This document shows positions 1 through 14,250 of a DNA stretch of 64,000 nt, piece after piece; position 1 is the stretch's first letter; each line of letters begins with the position of its first letter. The notes below the pieces were generated by a model that was given only the letters and a program-made list of their open reading frames with translations, did not search any database and was not told the origin of the DNA. The translations under genes and the position numbers were made by a program. Source of the stretch: Eledone cirrhosa (Eukaryota); NCBI GenBank assembly GCA_964016885.1, contig OZ024740.1, positions 405,294,001-405,358,000 of the forward strand, read 5' to 3'.

Positions 1-459
1 CTGTGATTAATTCTGGCAATATTATTACAACAATATGACCCTCCACAAGTATAACTATATATATATGTATATATATATATACATATAGATATATATATAT
101 ATATATAAGTATATATATATATATATAAGTATATATATATATATATAAATATATATATATATAAGTATATATATATATATATAAGTATATATATATATAT
201 ATAAGTATATATATATATATAAGTATATATATATATATATAAGTATATATATATATATAAGTATATATATATATATATAATTATATATATATAGGTATAA
301 GTATATATATATAAGTATAAGTATATATATATAAGTATAAGTATATATATATAAGTATAAGTATATATATATAAGTATAAGTATATATATATAAGTATAA
401 GTATATATATATATATATATAAGTATATATATATATATATATAAGTTTATATATATATA

Positions 460-838
460 TAGTATTTACGTATCGAGAAAGAGACAAAAAGGGGAGATAG
501 GTGATACATATAGTTATTTGCCAAGTAGCGTATGCCAAAGGTGCTCGATACTAGTGCCGGCAGTATTAAATATTCGAAGTGTTAATATTTAGTGGGCTAG
601 AGAGTTAGCAGAGCGTAAGCACGTGGGAAAGTAAAAAATCGGAGAATAGACCGTTAAAACATGTTTATTTAAAATATCACCTACGTACGTTTCGCCCAGT
701 TGGGCTTCTGAAGGGCATAAATAATCACATGTGATTATTTATGCCCTTCAGAAGCCCAACTGTGCGAAACGTACGTAGGTGATATTTTAAATAAACATGT
801 TTTAACGGTCTATTCTCCGATTTTTTACTTACCCACGT
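460..838. mobile_element. Penelope-like pLTR fragment in fold-back arrangement (near-perfect 218-bp palindrome 621-838) with a degenerate hammerhead-like motif
   Basis: Arms 621-729 and 730-838 are reverse complements with about 2 mismatches and no spacer. Each arm reads CTTCAGA-A-GCCC-AACT-G(G/T)GC-GAAA-CGTACG-TA and then AATAAA. The core deviates from CUGANGA. Confidence 0.6.
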
Positions 839-1116
839 ATATATATATATATATATATAAGTATATATATATATATATATATAAGTATATATAAGAATAT
901 ATATATATATAAGTATATATAAGTATATATATATATATATATAAGTATATATAAGTATATATATATATATATAAGTATATATATATAAGTATATATAAGT
1001 ATATATATATAAGTATATATATATATATATAAGTATATATATATATAAGTATATATATATATATATAAGTATATATATATATAAGTATATATATATATAA
1101 GTATATATATATATAA

Positions 1117-1153
<37 letters not shown>

Positions 1154-1168
1154 TATATATATATATAA

Positions 1169-1205
<37 letters not shown>

Positions 1206-1286
1206 TATATATATATATAAGTATATATATATATATATATATATATATAAGTATATATATATATATAAGTATATATATATATATAA

Positions 1287-1349
<63 letters not shown>

Positions 1350-1353
<4 letters not shown>

Positions 1354-1495
1354 GGAGGTGAGTTTTATTGTAGTACAATAAAGCAATGCAGATATCGGAT
1401 AAGAAGCACTCTTCAGTTTGTGGGACTGGAGTATGCATAATATAAGATCAAAAGATGGTTAAATATATTGAACTCCTTTAACCATCTTTTGATCT

Positions 1496-1503
<8 letters not shown>
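1350..1503. mobile_element. Short insert in (TA)n ending in an inverted repeat (27-bp arms 1437-1463 and 1477-1503); probable pLTR remnant
   Basis: ataatataagatcaaaagatggttaaa ... tttaaccatcttttgatcttatattat. The minus strand has CTGAAGA and AATAAA but no intact HHR. Confidence 0.45.
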
Positions 1504-1538
<35 letters not shown>

Positions 1539-1633
1539 TATATATATATATATATAAGTATATATATATATATATAAGTATATATATATATATATAAGAA
1601 TATATATATATATATAAGTATATATATAAATAT

Positions 1634-1664
<31 letters not shown>

Positions 1665-1667
1665 AGT

Positions 1668-1700
<33 letters not shown>

Positions 1701-1851
1701 AGTGTATATATATATATATATATAAGTATATATATATATATATATAAGTATATATATATATATAAGTGTATATATATATATATATATAAGTGTATATATA
1801 TATATATATAAGTGTATATATATATATATATATAAGTGTATATATATATAA

Positions 1852-1887
<36 letters not shown>

Positions 1888-1899
1888 ATATATATATAA

Positions 1900-1943
<44 letters not shown>

Positions 1944-1955
1944 ATATATATATAA

Positions 1956-2008
<53 letters not shown>

Positions 2009-2047
2009 TATATATATATATATATATAAGTATATATATATATATAA

Positions 2048-2120
<73 letters not shown>

Positions 2121-2148
2121 TATATATATATATATATATATATATAAG

Positions 2149-2400
<252 letters not shown>

Positions 2401-2451
2401 TATATATATATATATATATATAAGTATATATATATATATATATATATATAT

Positions 2452-2538
2452 AAGACAACCACTCTTGCCTCAAGTGGGAAAACTCCCGTCCAAACCCATG
2501 CAAGCATGGAACACGGACGTTAAACGATGATGATGATG
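2452..2538 (+). mobile_element. Extreme 3-prime end of an RTE LINE with (GAT)n tail
   Basis: Matches the reverse complement of 8119-8220 and also 63524-63617; ends ggacgttaaacgatgatgatgatga. Confidence 0.85.
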
Positions 2539-2540
2539 AA

Positions 2541-2573
<33 letters not shown>

Positions 2574-2688
2574 CATATATATATATATATATATATATAA
2601 GTATATATATATATATATATATATAAAAGTATATATATATATATATATATATATATAAGTATATATATATATATATATATATATATAA

Positions 2689-2721
<33 letters not shown>

Positions 2722-2884
2722 TATATATATATATATATATAAGTATATATATATATATATATATATATATAAGTATATATATATATATATATATATATAT
2801 AAGTATATATATATATATATATATATATATAAGTATATATATATATATATATATAAGTATATATATATATATATGTATATATAA

Positions 2885-2917
<33 letters not shown>

Positions 2918-2970
2918 TATATATATATATATAAGTATATATATATATATAAGTATATATATATATATAA

Positions 2971-3009
<39 letters not shown>

Positions 3010-3342
3010 TATATATATATATATATATATAAGTATATATATATATATATATATATAAGTATATATATATATATATAAGTATATATACATATATATATAA
3101 GTATATATATATATATATATATATAAGTATATATATATATATATAAGTATATATATATATATATATAAGTATATATATATATATATATAAGTATATATAT
3201 ATATATATATAAGTATATATATATATATATATAAGTATATATATATATATAAGTATATATATATATATATATAAGTATATATATATATATATATATATAA
3301 GTATATATATAAGTATATATATAAGTATATATATAAGTATAT

Positions 3343-3768
3343 ATTAGTCTGCCCACTACTAATTTTCATAGAAAAAGCATATAACGATATGTGCTTTTAC
3401 GATTCTCTAGAAAGGCCGGAAGATAGGTAAATATTGCTGATGAGATGTAACAACATCGAAACTAGTCCAATATTCCTTGTCTGGCTTTCTGGAGAATAGA
3501 GGAAAGGTGTTTCCTCGAAAACCAGTATGACTCTAAAAACCGGTTTGTCTGTGTGTTTACATACAGAATAGCTGGACACTCACAGTAAAGTGTCCAGTGA
3601 AAAACTCGGTACATCTACATATGTACACGTGTGTGTATTCATATGCATACTAGTATTTCAGTATACATATGTGGATGTACATTTTTAATTTAATTGTTTA
3701 AGCGTCAGTCATACAAAAGTGAGTTACAAACGAAACGAAATTTAATTTCGTTTCGTTATTTGTTTTTA
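3343..3768 (+). mobile_element. Near-monomer (about 426 of 466 nt) of hammerhead-containing retrozyme-like repeat, family A
   Basis: Highly similar to the unit at 13961-15080; flanked by (TA)n on both sides; no ORF. Confidence 0.9.
3430..3474 (+). ncRNA. Type I hammerhead ribozyme, intact core, predicted GUC cleavage after 3467
   Basis: aatattg-CTGATGA-gatgt(aaca)acatc-GAAA-c(ta)g-TC-caatatt: all conserved core nucleotides and stems I-III are present. Confidence 0.92.
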
Positions 3769-3905
3769 AGTATATATATATATATATATAAGTATATATA
3801 TATATATATATATAAGTATATATATATATATATATAAGTATATATATATATATATATAAGTATATATATATATATATATATATATAAGTATATATATATA
3901 TATAA

Positions 3906-3938
<33 letters not shown>

Positions 3939-4039
3939 TATATATATATATATATATATATATATAAGTATATATATATATATATATAAGTATATATATA
4001 TATATATATATATATAAGTATATATATATATATATATAA

Positions 4040-4144
<105 letters not shown>

Positions 4145-4455
4145 TATATATATATAAGTATATATATATATATAAGTATATATATATATATAAGTATATA
4201 TATATATAAGTATATATATATATATAAGTATATATATATATATATAAGTATATATATATATATAAGTATATATATATATATATAAGTATATATATATATA
4301 TATAAGTATATATATATATATAAGTATATATATATATATATATAAGTATATATATATATATAAGTATATATATATATATATAAGTATATATATATATATA
4401 TAAGTATATATATATATATATATAAGTATATATATATATATAAATATATATATAA

Positions 4456-4514
<59 letters not shown>

Positions 4515-4553
4515 TATATATATAAGTATATATATATATAAATATATATATAA

Positions 4554-4598
<45 letters not shown>

Positions 4599-4675
4599 TA
4601 TATATAAGTATATATATATATATAAGTATATATATATATATATATATATATATAAGTATATATATATATATATAA

Positions 4676-4708
<33 letters not shown>

Positions 4709-4725
4709 TTTATATATATATATAA

Positions 4726-4760
<35 letters not shown>

Positions 4761-5331
4761 TATATATATATATATAAGTATATATATATATATATATATA
4801 TATATAAGTATATATATATATATATATATATATATAAGTATATATATATATAAGTATATATATATATATAAGTATATATATATATATAAGTATATATATA
4901 TATATAAGTATATATATATATATAAGTATATATATATATATATAAGTATATATATATATATATAAGTATATATATATATATATAAGTATATATATATATA
5001 TAAGTATATATATATATATATATAAGTATATATATATATATATATAAGTATATATATATATATATAAGTATATATATATATATATAAGTATATATATATA
5101 TATATAAGTATATATATATAAGTATATATATATATATATAAGTATATATATATATATATATAAGTATATATATATATATATAAGTATATATATATATATA
5201 TATATATAAGTATATATATATATATAAGTATATATATATATATAAGTATATATATATATATATATATATAAGTATATATATATATATATATATATATATA
5301 AGTATATATATATATATATATATATAAGTAT

Positions 5332-5365
<34 letters not shown>

Positions 5366-5442
5366 AGTATATATATATATATATATATATAAGTATATAT
5401 ATATATATATATATATATATAAGTATATATATATATATATAA

Positions 5443-5486
<44 letters not shown>

Positions 5487-5488
5487 AG

Positions 5489-5542
<54 letters not shown>

Positions 5543-5543
5543 A

Positions 5544-5710
<167 letters not shown>

Positions 5711-5729
5711 TATATATATATATATATAA

Positions 5730-5889
<160 letters not shown>

Positions 5890-5936
5890 TATATATATAT
5901 ATATATATATATAAGTATATATATATATATATAAGT

Positions 5937-7850
5937 ATACTCTTTACTCTTTTACCTGATTCAGCCATCCGGCTGAGGCCATGCTGGGGCACCGCCCTTG
6001 TTGCTACACATTTTATCTCCAGCCTGTATAGGTTGGCCACTGGTGTAGGAGGGAGTTTGTTGCTGCTGCCCTTAGGTTTCCCTCGTGTCTTGCTGTGGGC
6101 TCATCCGGGATCCTGGATAACAAGGTGTCGAGATGTTTCTTAAAGACATCCACCTCCACGTCATGCAAGTCTCTCAGATGCCCCGGCAGCCTGTTGAAGA
6201 GTTGAGGGCCCTTGAATCCCAGGCTATTGCAATACCTGCTCCTTATTCTGGATGTGGAAGACGGGACCTTTGGCACTACACAGTGACGTCCTGTTGGACG
6301 GTTGGTCCAGCTCCCAGTGCCAAAGTTTGGTGCTAGTCCCTCCAGGATTTTCCACATGTAGATCACTGCGTATCTCTCCCATCTTCGCTCCAAGGAGTAG
6401 AGGTTCAGTTCCTTTAGCCTCTCCCAGTAGCTTGTCTCCCTCATCTTGGCAATCCTCTTGGTGTAGCTTCGCTGGATTGCCTCAAGCTCCGTGGTCAGTT
6501 TGACACTATGGGGTGACCACAACTGGGAGCAGTAGTCCAGGCGGCTTAAGACAAAAGTCCTCCACAGTGTCAACATGGTGTCTCGATCTCTTGTCCGAAA
6601 AGTCCTCAAGATCCAGCCAGCGAGTCGTCTGCATGTTGTCGCCACTTTCATGATGTGTGAAGAAAAAGATGCATCATCGCTCATGTCTATGCCCAGGTCT
6701 CGTACCGATTTTGACACGGGGATATCGGTCCCTCCTGGTCCTGTGTAGCTGTGTTCCACTATATTTGTGTTTGCAGGTTTGTATTGTAGGGCTTGGAATT
6801 TGCCAGCATTAAACTGCATGTTGTTTTCTTCCGCCCATCTGTATATGGCATCCAGATCCTGCTGTAAAAGGGCAGCGTCAGCCGGGTTTTTGATTGCCTG
6901 TGCTACCTTAGTGTCATCAGCATAGCTAGTGAGGGATGTTGTTGCATGCACTACAGAGGGCATGTCCGAGAGAGCCACCAAATACAGTAGTGGTCCCAGG
7001 ACTGTCCCCTGGGGCACCCCACTTGTTATCGGTGTTTCCCTCGAGAGGGCCCCATTTGCTGCAACTGCCTGGCTTCTGTCCCTTAGGAAGCCATGCAGCC
7101 ACTCACCTACTTTTCCAGTTATGCCGAGTCCGTGTAGTTTGTGACATATCATTCCGTGGTCGACCTTGTCAAAGGCCTTCGCAAAGTCATGATATATCAC
7201 GTCCACATGTGAGCTGTCTAGTAGTTGTCTCAGTACCCAGTCGTAGTGATGTAGCAGCTGTGTAAGGCAGCTTCTTCCTGGGCGGAAGCCATGTTGCGTG
7301 CTAGTCAGGCGGTCATTTTCTTCGAGGAAAGTGATTAGTTTCTTTCTGACGACTCGCTCCATGACCTTACTGATATGCGACGTCAGGGAGACTGGCCTAT
7401 AGTTCTTGGCCTCCGCTCTACTACCTCCTTTATGGATAGGGCATATTGTGCCTTCTTTCAGCTCCCTGGGTAGTACACCGCTAGCCAAGGAGCTTCTGAA
7501 GAGCATCTTCAGTGGAGTTGCTAAGGCCCGCTTACATATTTTTAGGAGAACTGCTGGGAATCCATCAGGTCCAGCAGCCGAGTCTGTTCTCATTTCATCA
7601 ATGGTGTACACCACATCCTCCTCCGTTATGTCTATGTGGTTGATGGTTGCCATTTCTTGATGTAGTGTTATGGCATCAAAGAACTCCTCTGGCTTCATTA
7701 TTTGCATGTGCCTCAGTGAGCATGTGAAGACACTTTTGTACTGTTCGTTCAGTATTTCACATATCTCTTGGGGATTTTCGGTTAATGAACCGTCCGTGTG
7801 GAAGAGTGGCCAAATCTTGCAGTGTACTGAGGCAGTTTCTTTTGCAAATT
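5937..7850 (-). mobile_element. 5-prime-truncated CR1-group LINE; RT ORF open from ~7850 to 6013; 3-prime tail ...gtaaaagagtaaagagta
   Basis: Motifs AAGPDG, NYRPVSLTS, QHGFR, DFAKAFDKVDH, GVPQGTVLGP, YADD, RDLG, LDYCSQLWSP, LYSLERR. The N-terminal part of the ORF call is microsatellite. Confidence 0.93.
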
Positions 7851-7857
7851 TATATAC

Positions 7858-7890
<33 letters not shown>

Positions 7891-8118
7891 CATATATATA
7901 CATATATATATATGCATATATACATATATACATATATATACATATATACATTTATATACATATACATATATATATATACATATACATATATATACATATA
8001 TATATATACATATATATATATACATACATATACATATATATATATATATACACATATATATATATACATATACACATATACACATATATATATACATATA
8101 TATACATACATATATATA
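7851..8118. repeat. (TA)n array with TACATA interruptions
   Basis: Read directly. Confidence 0.95.
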
Positions 8119-9092
8119 CATCATCATCATCATCATCATCATCAACGTTTAACGTCCGTGTTCCACGCTTGCATGGGTTTGGACGGGGGTAGTCCCACTT
8201 GAGGCAAGAGTGATTGTCTTGCTCGCATAGGACTGTCTGGCAGGTTTTCTACAGTTGGATGCCCTTCCTAACACCAACCACATTTACAGTGTGGGTCTGG
8301 GAGGTTTTTACCGTGTTGCCTACACGGCCACATTACAGCGTGGACTGTGTGTTTTTAGTCGTGACACCTACACAATCTCATTTGTTTCGGCCTCGATGGC
8401 GCGGCACCAACATAACTTTACATAGAACGGGGTGGTGTGGATGGGGTGGGGGTGGTGGTGGTGGGACGGGGTGTATTTTGTTAGAGATGCCTACTGGCTG
8501 GAGTAGGTTTTACTATATATTTAGGTAAGGCGGGTCTTCTCTGTTACTGAGTACCGCCAAAGGTCTCGGTCCAGTGACATTGTCTTGGAGAGGTGTAAGT
8601 GTGTGATGTCGGAGTTTATCAGCTCGTCCCAGGTTTTTCTAGGTCTGCCTATTCCGTGACTACCGTCTATCTTTATTGCCCTGCACTTTGTTATACAGCT
8701 ATCGACTTTCATGCGCATCACGTGTCCATACCAACGTAGCCTTCTCTCGAGTAAACAACATCTGATCCCTCTTATCTCTAATTTTTCCTTAGTTCGTTTA
8801 TGCTTTGCCGTTCACGTATATTACTGTTACACATCCAGCGGAGCATGCAAGCTTCGTTCCTCTCTAGTCTGCGTATATCCTCTGCACACAATGCCCAGGT
8901 CTCACTGCCATGCAGCATTGCTGTTCGTATGCAGGCATCGTACAACCTGCCTTTCATTTTTAGTGAGAACCCTTTAGCAGCTAATAGTGGTATAAGCTCT
9001 CTGAACTTTTTCCAACCAGTTCTGACTCCAGCTACAGTACTTTCAGAGCACCCTCCCCCACTGCTGATTTTATCGCCCAGGTAACGGAAGCT
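8119..9092 (-). mobile_element. 5-prime-truncated RTE-clade LINE: RT C-terminus, 3-prime UTR and (GAT)n tail
   Basis: FRYLG...GWKKFREL...MLHGSETW...[10 protein letters not shown]...GRPRKTW; same family as 24309-27460; (cat)n at 8119-8144. Confidence 0.92.
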
Positions 9093-9507
9093 GATATATA
9101 TATATACATATATATACATACATATATAGACATATATATATATACATATACATATATATACATATATATACACACATATACATATATATACATATATATA
9201 CACACATATACATATATATATATACATATATATACATATATATATATACATATATATACATATATATATATACATATATATACATATATATATATATACA
9301 TATATATACATATATATATACATATATATACATATATACATATACATATATATGCATATATACATATATATATATACATATACATATATATACATATATA
9401 TACACATATACATATATATACATATATACATATACATATATATACATATATATATATACACATATATACATACATATATATACATATATATACATACATA
9501 TATATAC

Positions 9508-9546
<39 letters not shown>

Positions 9547-9756
9547 CATACACATATACATATATATATACACATATATATATACACATATATATATACA
9601 CATATATATATACACATATATATATACACATATATATATACACATATATATATACACATATATATACATACATATATACACATATATATATACATATATA
9701 TATATATACATATACACATACATATATATATATATACATATATATATAGGTATAGG

Positions 9757-9789
<33 letters not shown>

Positions 9790-9790
9790 G

Positions 9791-9826
<36 letters not shown>

Positions 9827-9996
9827 TTGGTATATATATATATATAGGTATATATATATATATATATATAGGTATATATATATATATATATAGGTATATA
9901 TATATATAGGTATATATATATATAGGTATATATATAGGTATATATATATATATATATATATATAGGTATATATATATAGGTATATATATACATAAT
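9093..9996. repeat. (TA)n array switching from TACATA/TACACA to TAGGTA interruptions at ~9745
   Basis: Read directly. Confidence 0.95.
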
Positions 9997-10261
9997 CGGA
10001 AAAAAATGAAACGATATTTCATTTCCCACTCTTAGTACGGCTGTTACTTAAATATAAGTATGTACACGTACATACATATATGTATACCGACGTACAGTAG
10101 TATGTATATATATATATACATACATGCACACATATATATATGCACGTATGGATTCACCGAACATTTATTATAATGCTCGGTGTGTTTGTAAACAAACATC
10201 CCGTATTAAGCCGTAGTGTCTAGCAACCACCGTTGCTCGTTTGTTCAACACTGACAAAGGA

Positions 10262-10304
10262 ACGCTGTACTAGTTTCAAGCTTGTTAGCTATTGTCAGCA
10301 ACGT
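10262..10304 (-). ncRNA. Type I hammerhead ribozyme with a G8-to-A core change (possibly impaired), GUA site
   Basis: Minus strand: acgttg-CTGACAA-t-agct(aaca)agct-t-GAAA-c(ta)g-TA-cagcgt. Stem I extends over 10243-10329. Confidence 0.8.
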
Positions 10305-10328
10305 ATACCTTCCTGCCAGATTGTTGAA

Positions 10329-10379
10329 CGTATATACTTACCTTATGCATATTAACGGCTGACTAGCCAATTTGCATAG
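10329..10379 (-). promoter_or_regulatory. Candidate snRNA-type promoter block (octamer ATGCAAAT 10370-10377, TATA-like 10331-10336)
   Basis: Aligns without gaps to the family A block at 14251-14300. Promoter function is inferred. Confidence 0.5.
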
Positions 10380-10559
10380 CGGCCGGGTGCACCGAAAACG
10401 ATAAACGGAAAAAATGAAACGATATTTCATTTCCCACTCTTAGTACGGCTGTTACTTAAATATAAGTATGTACACGTACATACATATATGTATACCGACA
10501 TACAGTAGTATGTATATATATATATACATACATGCACACATATATATATATATGTATAT

Positions 10560-10620
10560 AGGAACCAGTAAGACCCCGACAGCTGAGCTCAAGCCGTTTC
10601 GACGGCTAATTCTGGACTAA
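10560..10620 (-). mobile_element. Truncated Penelope-like pLTR end with the 3-prime half of a hammerhead
   Basis: Minus strand reads GAAA-cggct(tgagctc)agctg-TC; similar to 28218-28270. Confidence 0.55.
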
Positions 10621-10747
10621 AAAAAAAAAAATTTAAAAAAAAATAAAAAAAAATAAAAAGAAAATAAAAAAAAAAAATATATGTATATATATATATATAT
10701 ATAAAAAATATAAAAAAATATAAAAAAATATTAAAAAAAAATATATG

Positions 10748-10833
<86 letters not shown>

Positions 10834-10857
10834 AGTATATATATATATATATATAGG

Positions 10858-10889
<32 letters not shown>

Positions 10890-11262
10890 GGTGTATATAT
10901 ATATATATATATATAGGTATATATATAATATATAGGTATATATAGGTATATATATATATATATATTGGTATATATAGGTATATATATATATATATATATA
11001 GGTATATATAGGTATATATAGTAATAATAAAATTGAAGACTAAAATCCAAAGAGGGCTCGATAAGGAAAATATATATCAGAACCGAAGAGCAAATATTTA
11101 TTAATATAACAGATTAAAGTTTAAGCAAAGAATCGCTGCTTTCACCTTTAACGGGAGTTTCAGAAGATCCCGTTAAGGTTGAAAGCAGCGATTCTTTGCT
11201 TAAACTTTAATCTGTTATATTAATAAATATATATATATATATATATAGGTATATATATATAT

Positions 11263-11301
<39 letters not shown>

Positions 11302-12270
11302 TATATATATATATATATAGGTATATATATATATAGGTATACATAGGTATATATATATATATATATATAGGTATATATATATATATGTATATAGGTATAT
11401 ATATATATATATAGGTATATATATATATATATAGGTATATATATATATATATAGGTATATATATATATATATATAGGTATATATATATATATATATATAT
11501 AGGTATATATATATATATATATAGGTATATATATATATATATAGGTATATATAGGTATATATATATATATATATATATATAGGTATATATATATATATAT
11601 ATAGGTATATATAGGTATATATATATATATATATATAGGTATATATATATATATAGGTATATATAGGTATATATATATATATACAGGTATATATATATAT
11701 ATATATAGGTATATATATATATATATAGGTATATATGGGTATATATATATATATAGGTATATATATATATATATATATATAGGTATATATATATATAGGT
11801 GTATATATATATATAGGTGAATATATATATATATAGGTGAATATATATATATATATATAGGTATATATATATATATATATAGGTATATATATATATATAT
11901 AGGTATATATATATATATATAGGTATATATATATATATATATATATAGGTATATATATATATATAGGTATATATATATATATATAGGTATATATATATAT
12001 ATATAGGTATATATATATATATATAGGTTTATATATATAGGTATATATATATATATATATAGGTATATATATATATATATATAGGTATATTTATATATAT
12101 ATATAGGTATATATATATTATATAGGTATATATATATATATATATATAGGTATATATATATATAGGTATATATTATATATATATATATATAGGTATATAT
12201 ATATATATATATATAGGTATATATATATATATATATATAGGTATATATATATATAGGTATATATATATAT

Positions 12271-12301
<31 letters not shown>

Positions 12302-12323
12302 GGTATATATATATATTATATAT

Positions 12324-12358
<35 letters not shown>

Positions 12359-12387
12359 TATATATATATATAGGTATATATATATAT

Positions 12388-12418
<31 letters not shown>

Positions 12419-12433
12419 GGTATATATATATAT

Positions 12434-12464
<31 letters not shown>

Positions 12465-12625
12465 GGTATATATATATATATATATATATATAGGTATATA
12501 TATATATATATAGGTATATATATATATATATATAGGTATATATATATTATATATATATATATAGGTATATATATATATATATATAGGTATATATATATAT
12601 AGGTATATATATATATATATATAGG

Positions 12626-12667
<42 letters not shown>

Positions 12668-12691
12668 GGTATATATATATATATATATAGG

Positions 12692-12725
<34 letters not shown>

Positions 12726-12727
12726 GG

Positions 12728-12761
<34 letters not shown>

Positions 12762-12824
12762 GGTATATATATATATATATATATATAGAGAGGTATATAG
12801 GTATATATATATATACATATATAG

Positions 12825-12859
<35 letters not shown>

Positions 12860-12960
12860 TATATATATATATATACATATAGGTATATATATATATATAT
12901 ACATATATAGGGATATATATATATAGGTATATATATATATATAGGTATATATATATATAT

Positions 12961-12995
<35 letters not shown>

Positions 12996-13209
12996 TATAT
13001 ATATATATATATAGGTATATATATATATATATAGGTATATATATATATACATATATAGGTATATATATATATATATATAGGTATATATATATATATATAT
13101 AGGTATATATATATATATATACATATATAGGTATATATATATATAGGTATATATATATATACATATACAGGTATATATATATACATATATAGGTATATAT
13201 ATATATAGG

Positions 13210-13248
<39 letters not shown>

Positions 13249-13542
13249 ATATAGGTGTATATATATATATATAGGTGTATATATATATATATAGGTGTAT
13301 ATATATATATATAGGTATATATACATATATAGGTATATATATATAGGTATATATATATATATATATAGGTATATATATATAAATATATATATAGGTATAT
13401 ATATATATATATGTATATATATAGGTATATATATATATATATAGATAGGTATATAAAATATATATAGGTATATAAAATATATATAGGTATATATATATAT
13501 ATATATAGGTATTTATATATATATATATATATATAGGTATAT
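10621..13542. repeat. (TA)n array with TAGGTA interruptions (A-rich start; fold-back insert at 11021-11230)
   Basis: Read directly. Confidence 0.95.
11021..11230. mobile_element. Fold-back insert (inverted repeat 11094-11230, ~63-bp arms), pLTR-like
   Basis: Arms are near-perfect reverse complements around gtttcagaaga. Each runs GAAAGCAGCG...AATAAA outward. Confidence 0.6.
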
Positions 13543-13759
13543 AAGTTAAAAATGTACATCCATATATGTATACTGAAATACTAGTATGCATATGAATACA
13601 CACACGTATACATATGTAGATGTACCAAGTCTTTCACTGGTTACTTTACTGTGAGTATCCAGCTATTCTGTATGTAAACACACAGACAAACCGGTTTTTA
13701 GAGTCATACTGGTTTTCGGGGGAACACCTTCCCTCTATTCTTCAGAAAGCCAGACAAGG

Positions 13760-13804
13760 AATATTGAACTAGTTTCGTTGTTGTTACAACTCATCAGCAA
13801 TATT
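13760..13804 (-). ncRNA. Type I hammerhead ribozyme, intact core, GUU site
   Basis: Reverse complement reads aatattg-CTGATGA-gttgt(aaca)acaac-GAAA-c(ta)g-TT-caatatt. Confidence 0.9.
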
Positions 13805-14178
13805 TACCTATCTACCGGCCTTTCTGGAGAATTGTAAAAGCACATATCGTTATATGCTTTTTCTATGAAAATTAGTAGTGGGCAGACTAATTTGCATAGA
13901 GTGTGAGTACGCACCGGTTCAGCGGAGACGATAAAAACAAATAACGAAACGAAATTAAATTTCCTCAAAAACCAGTATGACTCTAAAAACCGGTTTGTCT
14001 GTGTGTTTACATACAGAATAGCTGGATACTCACAGTAAAGTAACCAGTGAAAGACTTGTTACACCTACATATGTATACGTGTGTGTATTCATATACACAC
14101 TAGTATTTCAGTATGCATATGTAGATGTACATTTTTAACTTAATTGTTTAAGCGTCAGTCATACAAAAGTGAGTTACA

Positions 14179-14217
14179 AACGAAACGAAATTTAATTTCG
14201 TTTCGTTATTTGTTTTT
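14179..14217 (+). terminator. Hairpin followed by a T-tract; candidate terminator or processing signal of family A (recurs at ~14645 and ~3729)
   Basis: aacgaaacgaaa(tttaa)tttcgtttcgtt then atttgttttt. An equivalent hairpin plus T-run is in family B at 10409-10432 (minus). Confidence 0.45.
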
Positions 14218-14250
14218 ATCGTCTCCGCTGAACCGGTGCGTACTCAGACT

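Larger units (their letters stand above)
9997..10550 (-). mobile_element. About 1.35 tandem units (~409 nt) of retrozyme-like repeat, family B
   Basis: 9997-10140 recurs at 10406-10550. It contains an HHR, octamer/TATA block and hairpins matching family A, is flanked by (TA)n and has no ORF. Confidence 0.85.

Noticed and set aside
10621-10745. A-rich tract as a poly(A) tail
   Set aside because: An irregular A/TA mix grading into (TA)n; probably low-quality sequence or degraded microsatellite.
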